A stretch of DNA of 64,000 bases from Takakia lepidozioides. Lineage: Eukaryota > Plantae > Bryophyta. Numbering within the stretch: the stretch's first letter is position 1; every line of letters starts with the position of its first letter. The stretch spans positions 76,198,001-76,262,000 of the forward strand of contig CM060733.1 of NCBI GenBank assembly GCA_030704615.1, in the 5' to 3' direction. The position numbers and the translations under genes were made by a program. Shown piece by piece: positions 38,358 through 52,603 of this stretch. A model generated the notes under the pieces. The model searched no databases, was not told where the DNA came from, and worked only from the letters and a program-made list of their open reading frames with translations.

Positions 38358-39410
38358 TGTCGCGCGGCTTTTACTCACCCATCCCTTCGCTATCCGAGGC
38401 GGAAACTCCAAGATAGAAGAGTTGGAAATCTCTAAGTACTCAGCCCGCGCAGAACAATCAGTCATGACCTACAGCTAGTGTATCATGGGGGTGTTTCCTA
38501 TTTGTTTCCCTTTCCGCATTCATCTTAGCTACCTTACCATTGATAATTAAGTATCAGTTTACTTCATCAATCTATCGGTTTTCTTCACTCATCCATTCAA
38601 TCCACAGCTTCACTCAGATCTCTCTACACAGTGTGATTGTATCGTGTAAGTATCCGATTATGATTTATCAGGTATCAGGCCGAAGCCATTATGTCTCTAA
38701 TCTGCTCTACAATATCACTACCGCTTTGCATATAACAAGCATCTACTAATCCTCTTTCCTCCTTCACCGTGCTCTCCATCTTTTGCCTCCGATCTCCGCT
38801 CCAGCCTCACTCAGAAGTCCTCCTCCGAATAAATCCCCCCTTCATTCCCCGTTTTTCCCTTTATCCTCCTATCCGCGGTTCTAACCGTTTCCCTCTCTAA
38901 CCGTCGTCTGTGAACTAACATGTTCCCTTCACAGGTTTTGTTCCCCACAGTCGTTCCCTGTCCTACTCTTTGTTCCCTATTATCGTGACAGCTGTGTCAT
39001 GCGGTGACTGGCTGTGTTTGGCTGTGTCGGGCGTGACGGGCTGTGACTGGCTGTGTGGGCTGTGCCGGGCTGTGACTGGCTGTGTGGGCTGTGTCTGCTG
39101 TGACGACTGTGACGGGCTGTGTGGGCTGTGTCTGCTGTGACGACTGTGACGGGCTGTGTTGGCTGTGTGGGCTGTGACGACTGTGACGGCTGTGTGGGCT
39201 GTGTGGGCTGTGTGTGGGCTGTGACGACTGTGACGGGCTGTGTGGGCTGTGACGACTGTGACGGGCTATGTCGGCTGTGACGACTGTGTAACCCCCCTCT
39301 ACAGTGCGCTGCTGTCACCCCTAAGGCTCCTGTTGGTCTCAGTCTGTGCAAAATTAAGGGTACCCTACAGATCCCGTATAAGTGTCTAAGTCCCCTACAG
39401 TCCTCTAACA
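38358..39410 (-). repeat. Family 2 copy B 3' LTR
   Basis: Near-identical to 50979-52038. Confidence 0.95.
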
Positions 39411-39448
39411 TTACCCCTTCCCCCCTCAAAAAGCCGTGTCCTCACGGT

Positions 39449-42400
39449 TTACTGTTTCCGAGTAGCAAACCTTTGTGAGTGAGCACCTTGTTGACGTTGA
39501 GAGTTTCGTGGTGGGCTGTGTGTACGAGCCCGAGGTCTGTCTCTGGTTGATGGAGATGGTTGATCACTACCTGGATAAGTGAGGCCTTCTGGAGGCTGAT
39601 ATCGAGGTAATCTTTCCGGCATAGGAGATCCCCTTTGTTTCTTCTCTTCCATCTGAATTGCATAGTCTTCTCCCATGTCAAAAGAATTGTGTGAAGAAAC
39701 AGTTGTATCAGAATCCTCATCGCCTCTCAGGTGTTTTAATTTTCGAACTTTTTGTGGAATCATCTGGGGCATACAATGCTGTCCTACCATGTCTGGAAGT
39801 TTGTATTTTACAACTTGGTGTAACCGCTGAACAGCAAAATTGGTGTAGGCACTGAGCTCCTTGTCTGTCCAGATGAGTGGGGTACCAATTACTGGTGCAG
39901 CGTGCAAGTACTTCCATGCCACATGTCCCTTATAGAAAATGTCATCAAGTCCGAATTTCTGTGTTGACAATTGGTTGCAGGCTGCTTGAAACCATGAACG
40001 AATTTGAGAATCCTTCTGCATCATAACTTTTGGGTCATATAGGTACATATGAGGTGGCACCGAAGGTAATACCCAATGATCTCCACTGGAGTAACTTTGA
40101 AAGCGTGTTTGCATCTTTTGTTGCTCAATGTGGTAACGTACCAGAAAACAAGCAGCGTAGTATAGCCCGCACCCCATGACAATACTTGCTATCTCCTTGG
40201 TCTTGGTATAAATGAGTCCATGTACAACCTGGAAAGCAACCAATTCCCTCAACATGGTACCTGCCTCGTGCCAGTATTGTGCAAAGTGATGATCTTCAAT
40301 ATGTCGATTGTTTGGAAGAACTTTAGTCCTAGTTGCCACTGGCAGCCAAATACGCATGATTTGGTAGTAATGTGCGAATGACTGCGGAGGACTAAATTCT
40401 TTCCAAGCCAAATCCAACATGATGGGAATTTGGTTGAAGGGCATAAGCATAGCCCTGCTGTACTCCCTTGCAGCTGGAGTTTTAGGTGGGTTAAAAGCGG
40501 CATTGCCCCATACCTCCGGCTGTGGTGGCTGTGGTGTGGTTGTAGTAACCACAGGTTCAGCTACTGGTACACTGACCTGTTGTGGTGGTGGTGGTACTGG
40601 CTCCTGTATCATTGGCATCTCCTGCACCTCCTGTGAAGACTGAAAAGCCAGAGTTCTGGCTTGCAAATAAGAAGCCATTAGCTGTTCCTGAGGGATATAG
40701 ACTCTTTGGTCGATGTTTGAAGTGAGGTCTTCCACTTGAGTCTGGAGTCCGTCTACATCCTCTTGTAACTCTGCTATCCTACTATAGACATTGTCTATAG
40801 TAGTTGTGGCAATGTTCTGCACCTGCAGTCTGAGCTCATTCATCTCGCTTTGGGTGAGCTTCCGTGGGCTTTTGCCCTCTACTGGCCCTTGTGCTAACCA
40901 GACCTGCATAAGGCTGTTATCCACCAAGCTGCTTGTGGTTCCCCTGAGAGTTTGCTCTTCTCTTAGCTTGTACAATTCCAACTGCTGTTGTAAAGCCTCC
41001 ATGCGCTTCGCCTGTGGCTCAACCAATTGCGCATAGGCAGCAAGTAGATTATTGGCTTCCTTCGAAGCCTTGTTACTGACCGCGATTTCATTTCTATTGG
41101 CCACGATGGTTTGTTGCAACTCCACGATGTGTTTCTCTTGATCAGCTTCCCTCTGCCTGTATTGCTTGAAAGTATCTTCATGGCGACAGATTGTATTCTT
41201 CATATCGACAATGAGCTTCATTTGCTCAACATTCTCTTCTTCTGCCTTCGTACATTTTTCCGCTTGACTGTTTATTTCTTTTGTTGATTGGTCAAGCATA
41301 GTTGTAAATGTAGCACATTGTATCGCCATCCTGTTATGCACTGTCTGCAACTCCGTATGTAGTGCATTCAGTTTTGCAACTTGCTTTCATGCTGCACCTG
41401 CATTTGGTATAGCTGTTGCTTATGTGCTTCGTGCAACTGGTCTTGCGCGAGGTTTGCCTCAATCAATTGTTGCTTGGCCAACTGCAAAGCCATTTCTGTA
41501 TTGCCCAAGTCCTGCTTCATCTTGAGAGTGACCTCTTCATCGACCTTGTTTGCACACTCAGTGGCAAGTCGAGCCTCAAACTCCTTCCTGAGTTCCTCTT
41601 TCAAGGCTGTCAATTGGGTAATTGGAACATGGGATTTGACATAAGTCCCCAACAAATTAAGTGTCCTGCCTATGGAACTCATCAGCATTGCCTGTTGAGG
41701 GTCATCATGGTGAGGTTGCTGCTGTTCCTCCCGATCTTCAACAGTATGATGTCTCACTAACCATTCAGGCCATTGTCCCACCGGATTTTCTTCCTGAACT
41801 ACTTCATCTATGACTGGTGTTACAGTGTCATGACCTTCCGCCTGTGGTACCTCCAACACAGGTGTGTGCATTATATGCACCTCAGGATTTCCCTTGGGCA
41901 ACTGTTGCACCTCTGGGATTTCTGTCTCCTTGACCAGACCAGAATATTCATAGAGAAGGTCCCCTTTCTCTATTTCTGCCACTATCTGCTCTGTAGTTGG
42001 AATCTCTATCCCTTCACTTTCCAAATCAATTATTTCGGGTTGAGCTGCATGGATAACTTGTGACCTTGTGACAAGTCGTTCAAGTGGCTGTGTTGGCTGT
42101 GATGCAGAAGTAACTTCCTCCTCCCTCTCTGAAGGTCCTGCTTCAGTAATAACATTCTTTTGTGCTGCTGTGCCCCTTCCTGGTCATGAGCTTGGGAAAC
42201 ATTATCATGCGGAATCCGTGAAGCCAGTGGATCCGCCACTACAGTCTTTCCCCTTCTCTGCCTTTAGTCTCGGGTTGTGCTGCTAGTCCACCCTCACTGT
42301 GTGAAGAGCCTTGCTCTTCCATTGCAGTTGTTTCTGGCTCAAACACTCCCATTTCCTTCCTTTCTTGTGCATTAAGTATGCCAGAATTAAGGATTATTTG

Positions 42401-43220
42401 AGCAATGATTGGGCCAGACACTATGATAGGAGACTTTGCGGTAGTACCTTGTAATCTTTTCATCTCCTCTACTAGTGCGTTGTACATTATGTCCGCCCAT
42501 TGTACCTCTTGTCCCTTCAGGCCTTTGAGTATTTCTTCGTGAAGGATCTGCTCAAATATTGTTGGTTCTGTTTCAGGGCAACAGAACGTTCAATACCTGG
42601 CCTATCTCTTTTAACCCTGGGTACACAGCTTTGGTACAAGCATAACCCTGAGTTTTAAAGAAACTCCCTTCTTGGAATAAGTCCCCTATTTGCAGTCTTG
42701 CCCTGTGTTCCCCCACATGCACCTGACCTGCTGGCAATCGAAACAATTGCTGGAGGTATAGGGGAGTAAGCATTAATTCAACTCCCTTCACCGTTGTTGT
42801 TCCTGTCCTTGGCTCAAAGTTCTGCAAAAATTGTAACATGTACTGTCTATGGTGTAGTGTCCAATCTAGGCTTTGCAATCCTTCCAATCTCAGCTCCTCC
42901 AGTATCTTTATCGCCTGTGGGGTAGCCATCGTTTGTTTCTGCAGAATTGTGGTGCTCTTCACCCTGATTTCCTCCATTCCTCTCACTCTCTTCATCTTAG
43001 ATTCACAGAACTGCTTTGGCTGTAACAACTGCAGGAATGCCTGTAGTGCACAAAGCATAAACGTATGGTTGCCGCAGAAAGCTATGGGTAATCTCTTGTA
43101 AGCCTGCGGGGCTTGCAAGCATTGCTCAAGAGAAAAGCTCTGCTCTGTCGTTTCGTGTCTATGCCACTGCGTAAGTAATATTGCGAGCGTATAGTCTGTT
43201 AGTTCCTCCATAGTTTCCAA
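39449..43220 (-). pseudogene. Family 2 extra 3' ORF (~1200 aa in pieces): plant-transposon-protein-like N-terminus, coiled coil, unknown C-terminal domain
   Basis: Same-strand ORFs of 215, 82, 218 and 633 aa. FLQNF...VKGVELMLTP..LQQLFRLP resembles Athila/Tat extra-ORF motifs; Q/E-rich heptads. Confidence 0.7.
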
Positions 43221-43684
43221 GTTATAGCATTTATGGCCTGTCCTGTCGAGACGCCCGTTACTCAGAACGACGCCACCTCCTTGCGCTCAATTTCCCTCCA
43301 TTTTCTTGATCATTTCTCTGGTTTTCTATTGGCTGTATCTGCTGTGACTGGATTTTAACTTTTATCTTCTTTAGTGGACTTTCCCTGTTGGATAGTCCAC
43401 TAGGATCACACATGCGACATGAATTCGGCTTTTCTGTACTTGCCGTTCGTTCCGTTTCCCTTTTTCCGTATTCATTAATGGGCCCGCCTTTCATCCCATT
43501 TGACGGCCGTTCTTTTCCTCTTTCTTTTTGACACCTGTCCTTGCACTTCATTCTTTGCTGTGTGTCGCACCCTGACCTCCACGTGTCTATTTTTAAAGTA
43601 ATTTCCGTTTCCTCTTCCGTCATCCATTTTCCTGAAGTTATTATGTGTCCACTTGCCACTGATTCTATGGATGGTGTAACTTTA

Positions 43685-44290
43685 GTAGGCTGTGTTGAGC
43701 TGTGACAGGCTGTGTCATACTGTGTTACCTGTGATAGGCTGTGATGCACTGTGGTAAGCTGTGATAGGCTGTGACATGTGGTAGGTTGTTATAGCTGTGT
43801 TGCGCCGTGCTGGGCTGTGATAGGCTGTGTTGCGCTTGCTGGGCTGTGGTTGGCTGTGTCACGTCGTGATGGGCGTGGTTGCTGTGTCACGTCGTGATGG
43901 GCTGTGTGTGTGTGTCTGTGATGTGGTTGGCTGTGTTGCGCCTTGCTGGGCTGTGGTTGGCTGTGTACATCGTGATGGGTGGTTGGCTGTGTACGTCGTG
44001 ATGGGCTGTGTGTTGGCTGCTGTTGCGCTTGCTGGGCTGTGGTGCTGTGTCACGTCGTGAGGCTGTGTGTGGCTGTGTCACGTTGTGATGGCTGTGGTTG
44101 TGTTGGCCTTGTGCTGTGGCTGTTGGCTGTGTCACGTGCGTGATGCTGTGTCACGTCGTGATGGGCTGTGGTTGGCTGTGTTGCGCCTTGCTGGGCTGTG
44201 GTTGGCTGTGTCACGTCATGAGGGCTGTGATAGGCTGTGTTGCGCCTGGCTGGGCTGTGTGTAGGCTTGTGTCACGTGGCTTGTTGTGAC
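43685..44290. repeat. GCTGTG-rich minisatellite downstream of integrase
   Basis: Tandem GGCTGTG units; shorter equivalent at 7555-7710. Confidence 0.85.
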
Positions 44291-44329
44291 CAAGCCCCAT
44301 GTCGTATGATGGGCTGGGCCTAGCAACAA

Positions 44330-47300
44330 GTGTTCCATAATCCGTTCGAACAATGGTGCCAGCCCGCGTGACGTTCTTGTGTTCTTACTCGCAAATCATG
44401 ATGCAGGGGTTGGTGTCATGGATACCACTGTAACCCTTCAACTATTGCATGGCTTCCCAGCATTTCTTTGTAATGGTTTGTAACATACGGTGTTGTATCA
44501 TACATCTTTTTGTATGACATAAGGGTCCTTTCCACGGTGATTTAAGCTTAGAAGCTTGAATCTTTCCTTTCTTCTGCAACCATAGAACCAAATCCCCCGT
44601 CTTAAAAGTCTTTAATTGCCTTCATCAAACTTGTGTTCTTTCCGTCATCTGATTCTGGTCATATTATCAGCTGCATCGCAACGTACTTCTTCCACATGGT
44701 ATAATTCATGTTTCCGACCTTGAGGAGTCTTGCAATTCCATTCTTTCCCCGACTCCGTTCTCATGTAGTAACAGGAATTCCACTGGAAGTAGGCTTCATA
44801 CCACCATAAAACTAATTGGAATGGTGTATACTTAGTGGTGACTTTATATGAAGTCCTGTATGACCACAAAGCTGTCAGCAGCTTTGTATCCCAATCCGTT
44901 CTTGTTGCTTGACTATCTTAGCAAGATAGTACATAGTATTTTGTGGTAGCTCTGCCTCCTGTCCATTACCCTGTGGGAATATGTGTACTCTTTCTATGCA
45001 CAATCATAAACTCTTTAGTCAATAACTCAATGGTCTCATCATGAAGTGACTTCCTTGATCACTGATAAATTCTAAGGGACATCCAAATCGTGTGTATGTT
45101 CTCGTAAGGAACCTTGCTGTGGACTTGGCTGTGTTGTCCCTCAAAGCTTTAGCTTCCCCACTTTGTAGTATAATCAGTGGCTGTAATTATGTACTGTTTT
45201 CGTGTATTCTTGGATGGTGGATAATTGGTCCAACAAAGTCTAGTCCCCATTTCTGAAATGGTTCCGTAGGCATTGTAGGATGCAAGGCCATTCTTCCAGA
45301 TCTCTGCAAAGGTCTAGCCTCTGACATTCATCACACTTCTGACAAACTCATGTACATCTTTGAACAAAGTAGGCCACCAGTATCCTGCGAGGAGTAGATA
45401 TTTCTATGGTAGTCTCTTCTCCAAAATGACCTCAGCCACTCTTTATGAACTTCCTCCAGACTTTATTTACTTCATGTGGTGGTACAAGCATCGTTTTAGT
45501 ACTCCATCAGGTCTAACTTATACATTCTGTTCCTACCATAGTATAAGGTAAAGCTTGTAGCATTCTCTTCCTCTGCTCCTTACCATAACTAGGTGGGCAC
45601 TGACCATGAGCAAGGTAGTATCGATTGGCCACTGCCATCTAACCATTCATCTGCACTTCCTTGCACCTCCATTACAAATAAACTCGCATCAGGTAACTGA
45701 TGTCCACTCCTGTGGCGGCCTCTCCTGTTGTTAGTCGTGGACAAATGATCTGCCACAAGATGCAAACGGCAGGCTTGTAAAATAACCTCGAACTCAAACT
45801 CATGCAAGATTATTAACCACCTCGCTATCCTTCCACTTATCAAAGGTTTGTTCACCAGATATATCAGAGCCTGGTGATCCACATAAACATAAAACTTTCT
45901 TCCCAATAGGTAATGCCTGAATTTCTTGACTGCATAATCATGCCAATGCTCTCTTTCCGTTGTACTATAGTTCCTCTCAGCACTGTTCATCAATCGGCAG
46001 CATAGCACACAGGTGAATCTATATTCCCTGTAACATTCTGGGCTAACACCGCACCCAACGCTTCTCCTGATGCATCGCAGTGAAACATGAAATACTACAT
46101 GCCAGTGAGGGTTAATCAGCACAGGTGTAGTTGTTACTGACAGTGTAAGTTCCTCAAACGCCTGTTGACATTCAGCTGTCCAGGCAAACACTGCATCTTT
46201 CTTCAGAAGCTTGCTCAATGGTGCTGCATTTGTGCATACCTTTTGACAAATCTTCTGTAATAACTGGTTTGCCCAAGGAATTCCTTAAACTCTTAACATT
46301 CACTGGTGGTGGAGAGACTTTATGGACTCTGTCTTCCTGGGATCCACAAGAAGTCCCTTCTTACACACAATGTGTCCAGAAGCACCCATGAGTTCACACA
46401 GAAAGTACACTTCTCTGGATTCAAGCCCAGACCTCTCATCCTGCATCTGGCAGGCATAACTCCAATTTATGCAAGTGCTCATTCTTAGAGCTGTACACAC
46501 TGAAATCATCCAAAAACACCTGCATGAAATCATCCAGATACTCATGAAAAGATTCACTTATCACTCTCTGAAAGGTCGCTGGTGCATTACAAAGTCCAAA
46601 GGGCATGACTTTGTATGCATAAGCCCCCAGTCTGTGATGAAAACTGTTTTCCTTGGTCTTCTTCTGCACTTGCACTTGATTATAACCACTGAAGCCATCC
46701 ATGAATGAGTACATCTCATGGCCGCCACACAGTGTCTAATACTGCTTCTGTGAATGGCAAAGGGAAAGGATCTTTCTTCGTACAAGCATTCAGCTTCTTA
46801 TAGTTCACACATACTCTTAGTTTGCCATTCTTCTTTGGAACTATAACAATGGGTGACAACCAAGTTGTATACTCTATTGGGTATATAAACTTAGCCTCAG
46901 CCAACTTCTTTATCTCTTCTCCAACCTTGTGCGTAGTTGGGATTCATTCTATACCTCGCCTGCTTGATTGGTACTGACCCTGGTTCCCAGTTCATCTTAT
47001 GCTGACAGACTTCAGGTGGTATCCCTTTTAGATCCTCATAGCTCCAAGCAAATACATCTCTGTATTTGATGAACAAGCTTTTAGCTTCTTCGAAGAATTC
47101 CGGCTCCAAATCAGCTCCTACTTTCACCATTTCGGTTCCTCCTAGTTCCCACATTTACTTCTCTCACCTGCTCATCAGCTGTGATTGTCAACCAGTCACC
47201 ACTTCATCCTTTAAGCTCACAGTGGCTGGTTCTTCTAGGATTTCTATCTCTCCCTCCTTTTCTTCATAGAAATGTGGTGGGTAACAGCTGGTTTCCTCTT

Positions 47301-50300
47301 CAATTGGTGTTGCCGACACTACACCACAGCAGATACCTCTAAACAACTTAGGCTTTCCAGCCGCATCTCTGCAACCTGCTCCCACTCTGGGTGTGCAGCA
47401 AAATAGGGTAGCTTCCTGCTCCTAATCCAGTCCTCCTCTCCAGTCATACTCTCTGACTCCTCGAGGTCTTCTTGTAGCAGGTAATCTACTAGATTTCTTT
47501 GTGGTAATTTGTATCTCGTGCATCCCATTATGGCACAGTTAGTAACTGAGAATTCCAGTCATGGAATAACCTGGCCTGTTTCAGCCACGGACGTCCCAAT
47601 AATAAGGAGTAAGCCTCATGACTCATCCATTTTTATACAGTACTGTGATCATAAAGATCATTTTCTGTATCTGTATCTTAACTCCTCTTATTAATCCCAA
47701 TGGCTGTACACTTCTTTGATCTGCCATTGTTACTGTAAATGGGGCTGGTTTCATGTTACTTAGACCAAGCTTCTTCCTTAATTGGTCTGTCATGATATTT
47801 ACTCCAGAACCACCATCTATCAGTACATCAGTAGTTCTGTGCTTCCAATTCTCAATTGGATTACTGGCATAGAATCATCAAAAGTCCATGACTGGTTCTC
47901 GCCCTTCCGGCTTCACATTATAACTGGTCACCTTGCTGTTCAGGTCTGTGTTCCTGTCTCTTGGGCAATTCGATTGATTGCCTGATACAGCCTGTGCCTA
48001 CAATAAGGTGCCACAGCTAATAGCTGTCCAATGGTAATTTCTGCTTTGGTCTGACATATTACTGCAGCCAAAGTCTCTTCATTACTTTGCATGTTGCATC
48101 TTTTTTTTCCTTCTTCCTCACTCCCTTCTTTTTCTCCATCCGAATAAGAGGAATCTGCCACAGAATATCAGTACTCTTTTGCATTTCCCTTATAGTATCT
48201 GCCACTTCCTTGTGCAGTTCCTTCTCATCTTTCCAAGTCTCTTCATCTTCAGGCATATCATTGCCACTTCCATTCTCATCTTCTTCCTCTTCTACTGGAG
48301 GTATTAGTTTGGCTTTACTTCTTGTTACTATCATTGTACTTACTTCTGGTACAACACATGGCCTAACCATGTGAGCTGCCACCACTGGGCCTCATTCACA
48401 GGAGCTCTCATCTCATTCTGGTGTCTTATCCAGAATGAACAGGCTGCCTTGCGATGTCCTGGCTGATTACAATAGTAACATAGCTCTTCACCATTGGGTC
48501 CTCGCCCTTGGTCTGTTCTTGGATTATTTCTATAATCCTGATTCCCGGGCTGGTAATTCCCCCTTGGATTACCCTGATAGTTGCCTCTGGAATTTCCTTG
48601 GTAATTCCCTCTTGAATTACCTCTCCCTTCCATGCCATTGTTATAACCACCAGACCTACCATAGTGGTCCTGATCATATTTCTTCTTGGCTGGGGCTGCA
48701 CCTGATGCACCCTTACTTGCCTAGGTTCTCTTGCAGCTGTCCTTCTGTTGTAGTAACAATTCTCAGTAGAATGGTTATCCATTTTACAGATAGTACAGTG
48801 TTTCTCCTTCATGTGGCATTCTGTGGTGGTATGGCCTTCATTCTGGCACTTTGCACACCATACACCCTTCCTCCAATGTGTTGCAGCCTCTGTGGCATAC
48901 TTCTTCAAGATTTCTTCCAATTTTTTCATAGTTATCCCTCTTCAACTTCTCCTTTCTCTTACTCTTTCTTTTTAGTTCTTGCTCTTCTTCTTCATCTGAC
49001 TCATCCTCAGAGTCCTCATCTTCTTTTTCTCTCTCCTGAGCATTCCCAATTGCTCAATTCTGTTCGCAGTTTCAAATGCCTCCTCCACTGTATTATGGGG
49101 TAACATATCCACTTTCTTTTGCAACTCTGGTCTTAATCCACTCACAAACCAAGTCTTCTGTAAACCGGGCGCTGGTACTGCAGCCAGCTTTTTCATCATC
49201 AATTCCATCTTCTCCATATACTCTTCAACAGTTTCATGCTTCTTCTGCTTCAGCTGTTGTAAACTTCCATACACTTCATCCTCAGTTTTACTTGTCCTGA
49301 ACCTATTTCGAAATGCTGTATTCAAGCCATTCCAGGTTAGGAAATGATTATCAGGGAATCTTGCATACCATTCACTTGCTTTCTTGATAAGTGAACAAGG
49401 AAACAGTCTCATCTTGGCATCATCGCCATTCTCATTGTTCACTATACACATGTGCTCAAATTGGCTAATATGTACATCGGGATCCCTTTTCCTGAATATA
49501 TTGGAAATGGTGGTTTTGCCCGTGTTGGTTGTAACGCCATCTGTGGCCCTACCTTCTGCCTACTGACAGGTGCTGGCACCCTTGCTGGTGCTGGTCCTTC
49601 TGGACCTGTTGTTTTTGTGGTGGATCTTCCACCAAGTGTGGCCCTTGAGCACTCCTTGCTTCTGGTCCCACGATATTCACAGTATTCCCAGCTTCAGTTG
49701 CACTACTTCCCACACTCCCTGTCCCCCCAGAGCCAGATCCAGGCAGCCCGCCTGATCCCCCTGAGCCGACACCTTCGTTGGCCTGTGATCCAAGTGCTCC
49801 ACTTGATCCAGGTCCAACGGGTTGGGATGTCCTGGTTGTAGTCTCAACCTCAGCTGTTGGGTCTACTTCTTCATATTCTTCCTCTTCTAATTTCTTCTCT
49901 CTGTTTTCATCCTCCAAGTTCTGCCCTTGGGTTTCTTCTTCACTCATGTAACTCAACTGTAATGGTGTTGGAGAGTCTGAACTCTCCGTTGGCTCTGCCA
50001 CATCCTCTTCTCCTTCTTCATCTTCTGCTTCAGAAACTGGAGTTCCTGCTTTTGGTGTTCCATGCCAACTCTTATCAAAGATTTCTGTCAAGTCTTTTAT
50101 CCAAGGATGTACCTCAGATCTTTCACCTCGTGATTGATCTTCTTCCTGTACCAATTCCCTTAATCTTTCTTGCAACGAAACAGAAGGAGTGGCATCCAAC
50201 TCTAGTTCTTCCGGTATAGGTGATGCACTTTTTGATCTTGATGGTGTGAGAGGTCCAGATGATTCCCCTATGTCTATTCCTCTCTCCCAAAGATATGGAT

Positions 50301-50370
50301 AATTAGCTTTCAGATAGCTTTCTCTTTTTGATGAATATCTCTGTCGTCTAGCTTCTCTTTCATCACTCAT
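44330..50370 (-). pseudogene. Family 2 copy B gag-pol, heavily frameshifted
   Basis: Gag, CCHC knuckles, protease, RT YSFMDGFSGYNQ...FLDD, RH and IN fragments. Confidence 0.9.
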
Positions 50371-50391
50371 GTCCCATGTCTTTCATTTCTT

Positions 50392-51086
50392 TTAATGTGG
50401 CAATAACCAAAACTCTCTTCTGTAATATCTCTCGTATATGCCTGGGTTTCTTTCAAGCTTCAATGCACCCTTGGCTATACTTGAAGTCTCCGTTACCATA
50501 TAACCATATGGCAAACAAGTCTGAAAAGCTGTTCTTGGTGTGAGTTTGATCCACAAAATATCCTTTGGAATCCAATTCTTTACCAGTACAAGCTCTTCAT
50601 GCATATGAGTATAAACATTCACCTTTCTTTCTTCCCAGCCTTCAAACTCTACTCGTTTAATGGATAGCAACGCTATCACATAAACTAATGTTGGTAACCA
50701 ACGTGCTCTTCCTCTACAGGCTACCTGATAAATCTTTATCACTCCTTTCTCCAGACCCCATTCTGGATCAGCATCATGCACTCGTTTAAGAATATTTTCT
50801 TTACATCCGTCTGGCAATTCCAAGAACCTTTGAAAGAATTGTTTGGACAATCTTTCTTCCTTCGTTCCACAGGGAATTTGATTCACTTCAAATTCTTTAA
50901 TGGTCCAACCACCATGATCCCACCAGATGCCTGTACATCTGGTTGTTCATGTCCCAGGTCCCCAGTATGGTCGCCAAATGTCGCGCGGCTTTTACTCACC
51001 CATCCCTTCGCTATCCGAGGCGGAAACTCCAAGATAGAAGAGTTGGAAATCTCTAAGTACTCAGCCCGCGCAGAACAATCAGTCAT
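50392..51086 (-). pseudogene. Family 2 upstream extra ORF, copy B (frameshifted)
   Basis: Matches 13880-14599. Confidence 0.65.
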
Positions 51087-52038
51087 GACCTACAGCTAGT
51101 GTATCATGGGGGTGTTTCCTATTTGTTTCCCTTTCCGCATTCATCTTAGCTACCTTACCATTGATAATTAAGTATGAGTTTACTTCATCAATCTATCGGT
51201 TTTCTTCACTCATCCATTCAATCCACAGCTTCACTCAGATCTCTCTACACAGTGTGATTGTATCGTGTAAGTATCCGATTATGATTTATCAGGTATCAGG
51301 CCGAAGCCATTATGTCTCTAATCTGCTCTACAATATCACTACCGCTTTGCATATAACAAGCATCTACTAATCCTCTTTCCTCCTTCACCGTGCTCTCCAT
51401 CTTTTGCCTCCGATCTCCGCTCCAGCCTCACTCAGAAGTCCTCCTCCGAATAAATCCCCCCTTCATTCCCCATTTTCCCTTTATCCTCCTATCCGCGGTT
51501 CTAACCGTTTCCCTCTCTAACCGTCGTCTGTGAACTAACATGTTCCCTTCACAGGTTTTGTTCCCCACAGTCGTTCCCTGTCCTACTCTTTGTTCCCTAT
51601 TATCGTGACAGCTGTGTCAAGCGGTGACTGGCTGTGTTTGGCTGTGTCGGGCAGTGACGGGCTGTGACTGGCTGTGTGGGCTGTGCCGGGCTGTGACTGG
51701 CTGTGTGGGCTGTGTCTGCTGTGACGACTGTGACGGGCTGTGTGGGCTGTGTCTGCTGTAACGACTGTGACGGGCTGTGTTGGCTGTGTGGGCTGTGACG
51801 ACTGTGACGGCTGTGTGGGCTGTGTGGGCTGTGTGGGCTGTGACGACTGTGACGGGCTGTGTGGGCTGTGTGGGCTGTGACGACTGTGACGGGCTATGTC
51901 GGTTGTGACGACTGTGTAACCCCCCTCTACAGTGCGCTGCTGTCACCCCTAAGGCTCCTGTTGGTCTCAGTCTGTGCAAAATTAAGGGTACCCTACAGAT
52001 CCCGTATAAGTGTCTAAGTCCCCTACAGTCCTCTAACA
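50979..52038 (-). repeat. Family 2 copy B 5' LTR
   Basis: TG...CA ends, followed by PBS. Confidence 0.95.
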
Positions 52039-52603
52039 GAGTCACCTCGCACGGATGTGTGCAACACAAGATCATTTCCGACACAACCCTTTATACCGAA
52101 TGACCCCATGGCGACGATGACGGCAAAATGCAAAGCACAAGGCAGGCAGTACGACACACGTGGATGCATATGTGAAGCACAACATTTATGGCGAATCTGC
52201 AAGAACTGCTCCAAATTGAACTAGCATTAGATTTCTACGGCACTTCTGAATTTGAAACCATGCAAGAAGGCCGCCATATATTGGCAGGCGGCGAAGTATA
52301 TCTGACATATATCACAAGTACATGCAACGGATGTACATATTTTCTAGCACTTTATTTCTTTAATAATACAAAGACGCCGAAATGGATGAATTCCGTTCGC
52401 ACACAATAACAACACCCGCATCCAAATACGGTTGACAATGTCCAATTTTGATTTTGGTTACATGCAATAGCAACCCTTGTTGCAAACGTCAAACTGGAGA
52501 GCTCTAGAGGCATCGTGGGGAGCCCTTGTTTCCAGCGGAGGAGGAAGAAAAGGAAGTCATTATACTTCACGAGCTCTAGAAACAGGAATAGAGCCAGATA
52601 TAG

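Larger units (their letters stand above)
38358..52038 (-). mobile_element. Family 2 copy B, complete (13.7 kb)
   Basis: LTRs 50979-52038 and 38358-39410. TSD GAGTC at 38353-38357 and 52039-52043. PBS TGGCGACC. PPT at 39411-39428. Confidence 0.95.

Noticed and set aside
38358-38992. Truncated tandem second Family 2 element
   Set aside because: TSD GAGTC and the PBS position show this segment is simply part of a ~1.05-kb LTR.
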